DNA from: an uncultured Actinomycetes bacterium
GTDB taxonomy: Bacteria > Actinomycetota > UBA4738 > HRBIN12
NCBI GenBank assembly: GCA_963828885.1
Contig: CAWHGC010000002.1
Span: forward strand, 83,474-147,473
Direction: 5' to 3'
Length of the DNA stretch: 64,000 bases
Each line of letters opens with the position of its first letter. Position 1 is the first letter of the stretch. The translations under genes and the position numbers were made by a program. Below are positions 49,385 to 61,087 of this stretch, piece after piece. The notes beneath the pieces were generated by a model. It worked only from the letters and a program-made list of their open reading frames with translations, was not told the origin of the DNA and did not search any database.

Positions 49385-49424
49385 GAGAGACGCCCGGCCC
49401 AACCGGCCGGGCGTCTTTCTTTCC
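49385..49424 (+). terminator. Intrinsic terminator-like hairpin between precursor and cyclase
   Basis: Perfect 12-bp stem AGACGCCCGGCC/GGCCGGGCGTCT (49388-99/49405-16), 5-nt loop, followed by TTCTTTCC. Confidence 0.8.
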
Positions 49425-49456
49425 TCCTCCCACAACCCTGCCGATACACTCCCCAC

Positions 49457-51216
49457 ATGGGTGCCCTCGTCGCCGTTCTCACGCGTTCCCACCCCCCGGA
49501 TCAGGGGGTGGCACGCCGCATGCTGGCGGCGGCGCCGCATCGCGGGAGCGTGCAGGACTCGATCGTCCGCGGGCGCTGCGTGCTGGCCGTCGCCACGACG
49601 GAGGAGGCCGGCGACGCCGGACTCGCGGCCGGCGACCGGTTCGCGCTGGCGTTCACGGGCGCCCTCGACAACCGCGAGGCCCTGGCGAAGGAGCTCGGCC
49701 TCGAGGCCGACGCCCCCCCGCCCGAGGTCGTGCTCGCCGCCTTCGGACGCTGGTCGGATGAGACGCCGTCCCACCTGCGCGGTGCCTTCGCCGGCATCGT
49801 GACGGATGGCCGGGCCGTCTGGTGCTTCCGCGACCATCTCGGCTTCCGCACCCTGTTCTTCCGCGAGGAACGCGAGGTCTTCGTCGCCGCCACCGAGGCG
49901 AAGCAGGTGGTCGAGGGGGCCGGACTCGCCAGGCAGCCCGACCTCGAGGTCCTCGAATCGATCTTCTACGGCGACTACGGCGACGACACGCCGTCGGCGC
50001 TCCGCGGCGTCTCGCGCCTGGGGAAGTCCCGCATCTTGCACGTGGGCGAGGGCACCTCGCGCGTACGCCGTTACTGGGATCCTCGCCACCTGCTCGAGAC
50101 CGCGCGGATGTCACCCGAGGAGGTGCAGGAGGCCTTCGACGAGCTCATGACGCAGGCCGTGGGACGGATGATGACCGGCTCCGACGTGGTGTCGCTGTCG
50201 GGTGGCATCGATTCGCCGGCGATCGCCGCCTACGGGGCACCCGAGCACGAACGGCGCTTCGGCCGGCCGCTCGCCGCGCTGTCGGCCGTGTTCCCGCACC
50301 TCCCCTCCGTCGACGAGTCCGAGTACGTGCACATGATGGCCGACCGGTACGGCCTGGAGCTGCACACCTACGAGAAGGCGGCGAAGCCGCTGGACCGGCT
50401 CGGCGAGTGGATGCGCCTGTTGGACGGGCCCATCCCGACGGTGCTGATCACCGACGCCGAGGAGCACTACCGCACCGCGCGCGACCTGGGGTTCCGGACG
50501 ATGCTCACCGGCGAGATCGCGGAGCTCGCGTTCGACATGCGCCGCCGCCTGCTGAAGCACCTGCTCACGCGGGGGCGCCTCAGTGCCGCCCGGCAGCACC
50601 TTGCCGGCCAGCGGAGCAAGGGCGTGGGGACGGCGGCGCTCGTCCGCCAGGTGGGCGCGGCGCTCGTGCCGGTCCGCCTCGAGGTCGCCGCGCGCCGGCT
50701 CCGCCGGCCGAAACCGAACGAGCGGCTGCCCGGCTGGATCGATCTCCGCCGCGCGACCTCGCGCGCGCCCGAGAACCGGTCGCAGGGATGGCGCGCCTGG
50801 CAGCTGTCGTGGTTCGACGGTCCCGGCCTCAGCATGGAGGCCGATGAGATCGTGCAGTCCACGATCGGCGTGTCGAGCCGGCGCCCCTTCGCCGACGTCG
50901 ACCTGTGGGAGTTCTTCATGTCGCTGCCGGCAGAGGTGAAGTTCCCGACGGTGGTCACCAAGGGCCTGATGCGGCAGCTCCTGCGCGGACGCGTACCCGA
51001 CCCGATCCTGGACCGACGGGAGAAGACCGTGTTCAACGAGTCCGTCCGCGAACGGATCGACTACACCGAGCTCCGGCGTCTCCTGGCGTCGCCGTCGCAC
51101 CCGATCGCCGGCGTCGACTACGACGCCCTCCTGGCCCGGATCGACGAGGGCGACCTCGGGGTCTTCGAGTACACGTGGGCGAAGGACCTCGCCGCCACCC
51201 ACGCGTTCATGGACGC

Positions 51217-51220
<4 letters not shown>
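49457..51220 (+). CDS. Lasso peptide cyclase (C; asparagine synthetase-like)
   Basis: RDHLGFRTLF, SLSGGIDS ATP-pyrophosphatase loop, LTGE, PFADVDL, KGLMRQ..PDPILDRREK. Lacks the N-terminal catalytic Cys of AsnB (MGALVAV). Confidence 0.88.
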
Positions 51221-52242
<1,022 letters not shown>

Positions 52243-52246
<4 letters not shown>

Positions 52247-53109
52247 GCGTCGAGGCCGGGCGCCGGCTCAGCGTCTCTCGGGCACGGAGAGCCGCAAGCT
52301 GAGCGCGTTCCTCCGTCGCGACTTCCTGGTCGCGTGGAGCTACCGTCTCTCCTTCGTCAGCGACTGGATCAACCATGCTCGTGCAGGTCGTCGTCTTCAA
52401 CTTCGTCGGCAAGCTGGTGCGACCCGGACGTCGTCGCGCGGCTTCGGCGTGCACCGACGTCGACGTACCTGGAGTACGTCGCGGTCGGTATCGCGTTATC
52501 GTCGTTCATGGCGGTCGCGCCTCGGCCGCGTCAACTCCGTGATCCGCCAGGAGCAGCTGCAGGGGACCCTCGAGTCCCTGCTGCTCACGCCGACCGCCTA
52601 CACGACGATCCAGATGGGCTCGGTCGTGTACGACATCGTGTACGTGCCGATCCGCACCTTCATCTTCCTGGGACTGACGACGCTGGTCTTCGGCACCTAG
52701 CTTCAACTGGACCGGGCTGGGTCCCACCCTCGCGATCCTGCTCGTGTTCATCCCGTTCGTGTGGGGCCTCGGCGTCGTCGCCGCGGCGTGGACCCTGACC
52801 TTCAAGCGGGGCACCGGCGTCGATCGGGATCGCTCACCACCTTCGTCACGATCGTGCCGGGCACGTACTTCCCGATCGGATGTCCTGCCGAAGTGGCTGC
52901 AGGCGATCTTCCAGCTTCAGCCCATGACGATCGCGCTGCAGGGGACCGCGAGGCGCTGCTGGCGGAACGCGGGATGGGCGGAGATCCTGCCGGCGATCGG
53001 CATCCTGATCGCCGTGTGCGTCGTCTCGCTGGCCCTCGGCACGTCTTGCCTTCCGGCGCGCCTTCAGCGAGGGAGCGCCGAGGCTCGCGGGACCCTTGGA
53101 CTGTACTGA
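52243..53109 (+). CDS. ABC-2 exporter permease (several frameshifts)
   Basis: RRDFLVAWSYRLSF, EQLQGTLESLLLTP, GTYFP, GTLGLY*. Confidence 0.78.
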
Positions 53110-53162
53110 TCGACACCGCACGGGAGAGACAACGAGAGCCGGATGAGAGAGAGGATTGGACG

Positions 53163-53463
53163 ATGATCGATCCGAGCACCGTCATCCGCCACGATCCGCG
53201 GGCCACGTTCCGGCGGCTCGCCGACGGGCAGGGCGGCGTGGTGCTGCACCTCGACACCTCCCTGTACCACGGCGTCAACGAGATCGGCGCCGCGATCTGG
53301 GAGCTGTCCGAGGAGGGCATGCCCTTCGCGCGAGCTCGTGGTCGCGCTGCGCGCGCGCGTGGAGGAGCCGCCGGCGGACCTCGAGGGCGACGTCGAGGAG
53401 TTCGTGTACGCGCTGAAGGAGCGCGGGCTGATCCAGCTGGCCTCGCCCGACGACGAGGCCTGA
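53163..53463 (+). CDS. PqqD-family RiPP recognition element (lasso B1), frameshift near 53330
   Basis: GVVLHLDTSLYHGVNEIGAAIWEL...DLEGDVEEFVYALKERGLI. Confidence 0.88.
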
Positions 53464-54384
53464 GTGGCGCGCGCCACCCGAGTCCGGCGGCCGTCGCCTC
53501 GCGCGGCGCGTGCGGCGGCATGCTACGATGGGCGAAGGAGCAGGGCGTCGGCCGCCTGATCGAGGAGGACCAGCTCAATCCGCTCGAGCGGATCCCGCTC
53601 GCCGCCGCCAAGCGGCGCTGGCGCCGCGCGCATCAGGTGGCGCCTCGCGCGGTGCCGGTGTTCGTCGTGGGCCTGCAGCGCTCGGGTACCAACATGCTGG
53701 TGCGCGGCCTCGAGCGCTCGCCCGAGTTCGAGGTGCGGAACGAGAACGACCACGAGGCCTTCGACCGGTTCCACCTGCGGCCCGACCCCGTGATCCGGGC
53801 GCTCGTCGAACGCAGCGGCCAGGCCTACGTGCTGTTCAAGCCGCTGATCGACTCCCATCGCACGAACGAGCTCCTGGACGGACTCGGGACGCCGAGCCCG
53901 GGGCGCGCGATCTGGGCCTACCGCGACGTCGACGGCCGGGTCCGGTCGGCCGTGGCGAAGTTCGGCGACAGCAACCTGCAGGCGCTGCGGCAGATCGCGG
54001 CCGGCGACACCGGCATCTGGCAGGCCGGCGGGCTGTCGGCGGAGCGGCTCTCGCTGATCCGCTCGTTCGACCTCGGGGCCATGACGCCCGAGTCGGGGGC
54101 CGCGCTCATGTGGTTCCTGCGCAACCAGCTCTTCTTCGACCTCGGGCTCGATCGTCGCGCCGACGTGATGCTCGCGTCGTACGGGGAGACGGTCGACGAT
54201 CCCGAGGCGGCGGTCCGCCGCGTCTGCGCCTTCCTGGAGTTCCCGTATCGTCCGGAGCTCAGCGCGCACGTGGACCGGCGCGCGGCCGGCGACGCGGCCG
54301 GCGCTGGATCTCGACGCGCGGGTCCGCGAGCTCTGCACGGAGCTGGAGCGGCGCCTGTCGGGCGCGTACCGCGCCCAGCCGTGA
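53464..54384 (+). CDS. Sulfotransferase-family protein inside the lasso cluster (frameshifts at both ends)
   Basis: PVFVVGLQRSGTNML (5'-PSB), FKPL, WAYRD...RS (3'-PB-like), SYGETVDDPE..RRVCAFL. Confidence 0.75.
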
Positions 54385-54387
54385 GGC

Positions 54388-55560
54388 CTACGGCTCGTCG
54401 GTGACGTCGCGGAGGTAGTCGGCACGGACGCCCTCGCCGCCGGAGGGATGCAGCACGGCGGCGGGCTCGTGGTCACGGCCGCCGCCGCCCGGCTCGCCGA
54501 AGATCTCCCGCAGCACGTTGGCGGGACGCCGGGCGGCCCGCCGCGCGATCGAGCCGGCCGTCGCGAACCGTCCGTCCCGCACCACCTGCGGCCACAGGGC
54601 CGCCGGCGTGAGCTCGCCGTCGGCACGCTCCGTCGGCCACCAGCGATCGAACGCCGCGCCGATCCGCCGCCGCGCCGCGGAGGGCTCGAGGTCGCGCAGC
54701 ACCCAGACGGGCACCTGCGCGCCCAGGACGTCGCGGGCGCGCTGCAGGGTGGACGCGACGGCGGCGCCGGCGCGCCAGGCGAAGGCCCGCGCGACGACCT
54801 CGTCCCAGTCGAGCGTCTCGGCCGCGATCGACCGTTCGAGGTCCTTCATCCAGATCAGCCGGTCGCCGCCGGCGAGCGCCGCGTGCAGCGCGAGGTGCAC
54901 GACCGTGTCGACGGCCGAGAGCGTCTCGACCTCGACGCCGCTGACGACGACCGTCCGGGTGCGGGTGAGCACCGAGCCCATGTCCACGTCGAAGGAGTCC
55001 CGCACGACGGCGCGGTTCAGCAGGTGCCAGTGCAGGTCGGCGACGGTACCCATCGGCAGGGTGAGGTGCAGCTGTCCTCGCCGCTCGCGCCGGATCAGCG
55101 TCCAGTTGCGGTCGATGACGTCGACCCCGCCGCCCTGGAGGTAGGTCACCACCTCGGGGAAGTCCTCGCGCGCGATCAGCAGGTCGAGGTCGCGGTACGT
55201 CCGGAGCTCCGGCCGCTCGTAGCAGCGCTGCGCGAGCACCGGCCCCTTGAAGGTGATCCACTGGACCTCCAGCGGCGCGAGCATCGCGGCGAACCCGGCG
55301 AGATCGGTGACGATGCGCATCTGGTTGGCGGTCTGCGTCACGGCGTGACGATCGAGGGCCTGCATCGTGCGGACGTCGACGCCGTCGACCTCGCGCAGCT
55401 CGCGATGCACGAAGGGCAGCACCCGGTGGTGCCGGGCGAGTTGCAGCAGGGAGCCGAGCTGTCCGGCCTCGAGCACGCGCAGGAGCTCGGGCGGCGCGCC
55501 GCCGTCGTGCTCGCGGACGCAGGCGACGAGGGCGGCGCCCAGCATCGGGTCGGCGCTCAT
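54388..55560 (-). CDS. Nucleotidyltransferase family protein (NTP_transf_5-like)
   Basis: TFKGPVLA..YERPELRTYRDLDLLI, ADLHW, HLALHA, LIWMKDL. Confidence 0.85.
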   Translation of the reverse strand: MSADPMLGAALVACVREHDGGAPPELLRVLEAGQLGSLLQLARHHRVLPFVHRELREVDGVDVRTMQALDRHAVTQTANQMRIVTDLAGFAAMLAPLEVQWITFKGPVLAQRCYERPELRTYRDLDLLIAREDFPEVVTYLQGGGVDVIDRNWTLIRRERRGQLHLTLPMGTVADLHWHLLNRAVVRDSFDVDMGSVLTRTRTVVVSGVEVETLSAVDTVVHLALHAALAGGDRLIWMKDLERSIAAETLDWDEVVARAFAWRAGAAVASTLQRARDVLGAQVPVWVLRDLEPSAARRRIGAAFDRWWPTERADGELTPAALWPQVVRDGRFATAGSIARRAARRPANVLREIFGEPGGGGRDHEPAAVLHPSGGEGVRADYLRDVTDEP

Positions 55561-55955
55561 GCGTACCTCGCCAGCTCTTCGTGACGCCCACGGCCGGGCG
55601 GCGGGCCGACGTCGCGGCCGCCGAGCTCCACCCACGCGTGCGCGTCCTTGTCCTTCGGCTCGAGCGGCAGTCCGATCACGAGCTCCGCGTCGTCGCCCTG
55701 GTCGCGGAGCATGCGGAACAGCACCATCGAGGTGAACAGGCAGCGGGCGCGGAACGGCCCGACGCCGAGGGAGCGGCTCACGATGCGTCCGAGCCGCACC
55801 GGGGGGACGCCGGCGGCCGGTTCCCGCGAGACCCGTCGGAGCCGCGCGACGACGGCCGGCACCGGCTCGCGCCGCAGCCGCGTCCACGTGACGGCGAACC
55901 AGTACCACGAGCGGAGCACCAGGGAGATCTTGCGCGGCACCGAGAGGGAGCTCAT
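55557..55955 (-). CDS. Lasso peptide leader peptidase (B2, transglutaminase-like)
   Basis: RARCLFTSMVLFRML (catalytic Cys), LVIG, AHAWVE (catalytic His). Confidence 0.9.
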   Translation of the reverse strand: MSSLSVPRKISLVLRSWYWFAVTWTRLRREPVPAVVARLRRVSREPAAGVPPVRLGRIVSRSLGVGPFRARCLFTSMVLFRMLRDQGDDAELVIGLPLEPKDKDAHAWVELGGRDVGPPPGRGRHEELARYA

Positions 55956-56855
55956 GGCGATAGGCACGTGGCGATCAGCCGGTCGACGACCCGGTCCAGC
56001 GTATCGAACTCGAGCGGACGGTCGAGCAGCCACAGGGGCACGCTCGCCGCGAGGTCGGCGATGCCGGTGAAGGCTCGCACGCGCTCGGCGTCGGTGGGCA
56101 GGTTGAAGCTCACCGTGAAGAGTTCGGCAAGGAACCGGCTCGGCTCAACCCGGTACAGCTCGATGTTCGGAAGCCCCCGGCGCAGGATCACGACGCCCGC
56201 GAGGGGGACCGGGTCGCCGCTGCCGCGCAGCTCGTGGACGAGCTGGAGATGGACGCGGTCGGGATCGACGGCCACGACCTCGGTGCCGGCGATCGGGCCG
56301 AGTCGCTCGTAGACGTCGGGGCGGATCCGGATGGTTGCGGGCCCCGGCACCACCATGGGCTCGGCGCCCGACCGGCTGCACACGAGGTCCTCCGACAGCA
56401 CACGGTGACCGTTGCGCAGGAACCCGGCCGCGAGGGTCGTCTTGCCGAAGCGGCCCGGCCCGCAGAAGACGAGGGCACGCCCGTCGACCTCGACGGCGGA
56501 CGCGTGCAGGGGCAGGTCCCCGCGCCGCGAGAAGCACAGCGCCGCGGGAACGCCCCACAGGCGCTCCTCCCGACGCACCGCGTCCGCGTCGGGCGGGACC
56601 GTGATGCGGGGGACGTCGGGCTCCACACCGAACCCGCCCATGTCGTCGATCCACACGCCGTAGGCGGACGGATCGCCGTACATCCTCGCGCGGAAGGGGT
56701 TGTCCGGGCCGGGGTCGCCACTCGAGGACCGGCTCGACGTCCGGCTCCGGACCCGGGTCGGCCTCGACGACCACGATCGGGTCGCCGAGGCCGGTCCGCA
56801 GGTACGTGAGGGCGAGCGGGGAGTCGACCTCGTAGCCGTAGACGACCCCCGCCAT
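55952..56855 (-). CDS. HPr kinase-like P-loop kinase (lasso K-type), frameshift near 56715
   Basis: LPLHASAVEVDGRALVFCGPGRFGKTTLA...VLSEDL. Confidence 0.85.
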
Positions 56856-57246
56856 GCGCCTCCGGTGGCTCCTAGCAGCCCGAGACGCTGTCGCCGGCCT
56901 CGAGCCGGCGATGGACAGGCCGGCAACCAGGCTCAGGGAGAGCATGCGCTTCGTCCTCATCTACGTCCTCCTCCTCGGTCGCTCCGGGGGTCATCCGAGG
57001 GTGCAACAGCCTACATCGCGAGGTCGATGGGCCGGAGCGCGGCGGGAGTGGTCGATGGTGCTCCGGATCCGCGGCGAGCCGTACGCGGCGGCAGCGCCAT
57101 GCCGCATCCTGCGGGCGGCTCGGCGACGGCGAGCGCACGGCCTAGGCCACAGGAACGCCACACTTCCCGCCGCTCGGCAGGATGCGTGTGGCCCGAGCCG
57201 CACGGGTACCATGGCAGACCCCGGACGAAAGGCACGAGGTTCACGC

Positions 57247-58249
57247 GTGCAGGTGAAGGCCAACGGCGTCGAGCTCAGGGACTGGACCCACGTCATGGGC
57301 CGGCGCCTCACGCTGCTCGCCGTCATCCCCATCGTCGCCATGATGGTCGCCGGCGTGCTGGCGGTCCTCGAGCCGCAGACCTACCGGGCGACGGCGACGG
57401 TCATCATGCCGGGCCAGGCGACCAGCGGGCCGGTGTCCTCGGCCGTGTCGCAGTTCGTCGCCGACTTCGAGGGCAACATCACGTCCGACAGCGTCGCGCA
57501 GGCGACCTCGGAGGCGACCGGCGAGCCGAAGAGCGCCATCAGCGCCGGCATCAGCACCAAGCGCGAGGGCACGAGCAGCGTCGTCGAGGTCAGCTACACG
57601 GGCACGAACGCCGACCGGGTCGGTCCGGTGGCGGTCACGGCGGCCCGGACCGCGCTCGCGCAGCTCGCGCAGATCAGGCTCGACGTCGACCAGGCGCAGC
57701 TCGACCTCCACCAACGAGGCGTACGACCAGGCGCAGACGGACCTGCAGACCGCGGGCGAGGAGACGGGCATCGTCGACTTCGGCTACTTCCAGCGCGTCG
57801 GGCAGAAGCGTCTGATCAAGCTGGGCGATGCGCTCGGAGCGGCCCAGGAGACCGGCAACGGGGTCGCGCAGGCGCAGCAGCGCTTCGACGAGGCGTCGAC
57901 CCAGTTCACCGAGCGCCAGCAGCGACTACCAGGCCGCGCTCGACGCGCGCGAACGACGTGACGGAGGCTCGGACGTTCTTCACGAGCGAGGTGCTGACCG
58001 CGCAGGGCATCGTGAACCAGGCGCAGGAGAACACGCAGCGTCGAGGCGAGCCCTCCCCGGGCGACGAACCGGGTGACCTTCGTGATCCGGCGCGTGGTCT
58101 TCGCCGGGGCCTTCGGACTGCTGCTGGCGATCGCGCTCATCGTGCTGATGGAGTTCCTGCGGCCCTCGCCGCTGAACCGGATCCGGCGCGAGGCCGGCGT
58201 GCCCTCGGAGCCGGGTTCCCGGCGTGCACCCGGGCAGTACGTCGGGTAG
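57247..58249 (+). CDS. Wzz/chain-length-determinant-like membrane protein (frameshifts)
   Basis: VELRDWTHVMGRRLTLL-TM-PQTYRATATV, coiled-coil middle, C-terminal TM GLLLAIALIVLMEFLRP. Confidence 0.7.
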
Positions 58250-58462
58250 GCTTCTCCGTACCGCATCCGTCTTAGTACGAACGACCTAGTTGGATTCCCT
58301 CAGAATGGGGGAAGATATACCCCCCGTACGTGCTCCATGATGACCCCAGAGCACCACCCCCCGTAGGTCCGGAAGCCTCCGCTCCGTCGACGGCCCGCCG
58401 TTGCCGGGAGGGACACCGTTCGGGCCTGACCGTTGCCTCGTGGCGAAAGGAACCACCACCCG

Positions 58463-59201
58463 ATGGACCCAGAACTGCAGCTGGATCCACAGGCAGGCGA
58501 CGTGATCGTGGACCTCAGCGGTCCGGATGCGGTGATCGATCTCCGTGAGCGCCGGGCCGATGCGCCGGCGGTCCGCGGCCTGCTGTCGGCGCGTCCCTGG
58601 CAGCTGGCGGTGAAGCGAGCGGTGGACCTCGTCGGCAGCACGCTCGGCCTGCTCGTGCTGCTCCCCCTGCTGCTGATCGCCGCGCTGGCCGTGAAGGTCT
58701 CCTCGCCCGGTCCGGTCTTCTACGTCTCCGAGCGCGTCGGCCGCGACGGCCGGCCGTTCCGCATGATGAAGTTCCGCTCGATGACGCACGGCGCCCACGA
58801 CTCCCGGGCCACCCACCACCACCTCAACATCCACGACTCGGGCCCGGTCTTCAAGATCCGCGACGACCCGCGCGTCACGCGCGTCGGCCGGTTCCTGCGC
58901 CGCTGCTCGATCGATGAGCTGCCGCAGCTGTGGAACGTCCTGCGCGGGCGACATGAGCCTCGTGGGTCCGCGTCCGCCGCTGCCGGAGGAGTTCCTGCTG
59001 TACGGCGCCCGCGAGCGGCGCCGCCTCGACGTGAAGCCCGGCATCACCTGCATCTGGCAGGTGAGCGGGAGGTCCGACCTCGACTTCGAGACGTGGGTCG
59101 ACATGGACCTCGCCTACATCGACACGTGGTCGCTCCGCCTCGACGCCCGGCTGCTGGGCCGCACGGTCGCCGCCGTGCTGACCGGCCGCGGGGCGTACTG
59201 A
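58463..59201 (+). CDS. Priming sugar transferase (Bac_transf; polyprenyl-P glycosylphosphotransferase), frameshift near 58948
   Basis: KRAVDL, MMKFRSM, DDPRVTRVGRFLRRCSIDELPQLWNVL, MSLVGPRP, KPGITCIWQVSGRS. Confidence 0.9.
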
Positions 59202-59202
59202 G

Positions 59203-60162
59203 GTGGGAACCGTGCGGGAGCTCGAGCTCATCCGGCCCAGGGTCGCGCGCACGGCGTCCGCGCCGCCCGTGTTCCTGGTCGGCCCGGCTCGATCGGGCAC
59301 CAGCCTGCTGTACAAGCTCCTCTGCCTGCATCCGGAGGCGGCCTGGATCTCGAACTGGCTCGCGCGCGCGCCGGCCGCACCGCCGCTCGCCGCCCTGAAC
59401 CGTCTGGCCGCCGAGGCACCGCACGCGCGCCGCCGCGTGTGGTTCGGCGCGGACGGCAGCAACGCCTACGTCTACGGGGACCGTCGCCGTCACCGCGACC
59501 GGCTGTTCCCGATGCCGCACGAGGGCGAGCCCGTCTACGCCGCGTGCGGCATCCCGCAGTTCCAGCGCCTCGAGGGCGCGCCGGCGGCACGGGCCGCCGC
59601 CGAGCTGCGGAGCGCGGTCGCCGCCGTGCGCCTCGCGAGCGGCGCGCCGGTGTTCGTGAACAAGCGGATCGCGAACAACCGCCGCATCCCGCTGCTGCGG
59701 CAGGCCTTCCCCGACGCGCGCTTCATCTCGCTCGTGCGCGACGGCCGTGCGGTCGCGATGTCGCTGTCGACCGTGAACTGGTGGCCCGACTCGCTCGTGT
59801 GGTGGTACGGCGACACGCCGGCGCACTGGGCGGCCGAGGGCCGCGACCCCTGGGAGCTGTGCGCCCGCAACTGGGTGGAGGAGCTGCATGCGGTGGAGTC
59901 CGGCCTCGAGGACGTCCCCGCCGAGCAGGTCCTCGCGCTGAGCTACGAGTCGTTCCTCGACGCGCCGGTCGACACGCTGCAGCGGCTGGCGGACTTCGCC
60001 GGCCTCGCGCCGAGCCGCGTGTGGGACCGCTCCGTGCGCTCGCTGGCGTTCCCGAACCGCAACGAGGCGTGGCGGATCAAGCTGGACGACGACGCCGTCC
60101 GTACGATCACCGACATCCAGTCCGACGAACTCAGGAGCCACGGGTATGCCCTCGAGCGCTGA
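59203..60162 (+). CDS. PAPS-dependent sulfotransferase
   Basis: VFLVGPARSGTSLL, FVNK, SLVRDGRAVAMS, LSYESF. Confidence 0.88.
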   Translation: MGTVRELELIRPRVARTASAPPVFLVGPARSGTSLLYKLLCLHPEAAWISNWLARAPAAPPLAALNRLAAEAPHARRRVWFGADGSNAYVYGDRRRHRDRLFPMPHEGEPVYAACGIPQFQRLEGAPAARAAAELRSAVAAVRLASGAPVFVNKRIANNRRIPLLRQAFPDARFISLVRDGRAVAMSLSTVNWWPDSLVWWYGDTPAHWAAEGRDPWELCARNWVEELHAVESGLEDVPAEQVLALSYESFLDAPVDTLQRLADFAGLAPSRVWDRSVRSLAFPNRNEAWRIKLDDDAVRTITDIQSDELRSHGYALER

Positions 60163-61082
60163 CCTCGCGTTCGTGCTCGGGACGGGCCGGTGCGGCTCCA
60201 CCCTCGTGCACGAGATCATCGCCCGTCACCCCGACGTCGGGTTCGTGTCGAACCTCGAGGACCGGCTGCCGTTCCTGCCGCTGCCCGCGCGGTTCAACAA
60301 CGACATCTACCGTCGCGTCCCCGACGCCCTCACGACGAAGGGGCGTCTGCGCTTCGCCCCGTCGGAGGGCTACCGGATCCTCGACCGCGAGGTCTCCCCG
60401 GTGGTGTCCGCGCCCGTGCGCGACCTGCTGGCCGAGGACGTCACCCCCTGGCTGGAGCAGCGCTTCCGTGCCTTCTTCACGTCGCGCGCCCGCGAGCAGG
60501 GACGGCCCGTGTTCCTGCACAAGTTCACCGGGTGGCCGCGGTCGGGCTTCGTGCGGCGGATCTTCCCCGAGACCCGGTTCATCCACGTCGTCCGGGACGG
60601 CCGCGCCGTCGCGAACTCCTTCCTGCAGATGCCGTGGTGGCAGGGCTACCGCGGTCCCGACGAGTGGAGCTGGGGACCGCTTCCCGCCGTCGATGGCGAA
60701 GGAGTGGGAGGATTCCGGCCGGTCCTTCGCCGTGCTGGCGGGGCTCGAGTGGAAGCTGCTGATCGAGGCGTTCGAGGCCGCGCGCGCCCTCGTGCCGGAG
60801 TCGCAGTGGCTCGAGGTCCGCTACGAGGACTTCGTGGCCGCGCCGCGCGAGCACATGCGCGCGATGCTCGATCACCTCGGCCTGTCCTGGACGCCCGCCT
60901 TCGAGCAGGGCTTCCGCCGCTACACGTTCGACGCCGGCCGCCGCGAGGCGTACCGGCGCGACCTGGGGATCCACGACGTGGCCATGCTCGACGCGTCGCT
61001 CGCGCCCGTGCTCGCGCCGGCACGGGTACGTCGAGCGCCCGATCGTCGGCCGACCCGCGCGATCGCGCCGCCGGGAGGGTGA
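60146..61082 (+). CDS. PAPS-dependent sulfotransferase (frameshift near 60690; 3' end approximate)
   Basis: FVLGTGRCGSTLV, FLHK, HVVRDGRAVANS, VRYEDFV. Confidence 0.85.
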
Positions 61083-61087
61083 TCAGC

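Noticed and set aside
53163-53463. PQQ biosynthesis gene pqqD
   Set aside because: No pqqA/B/C/E nearby. The context shows a lasso RRE.
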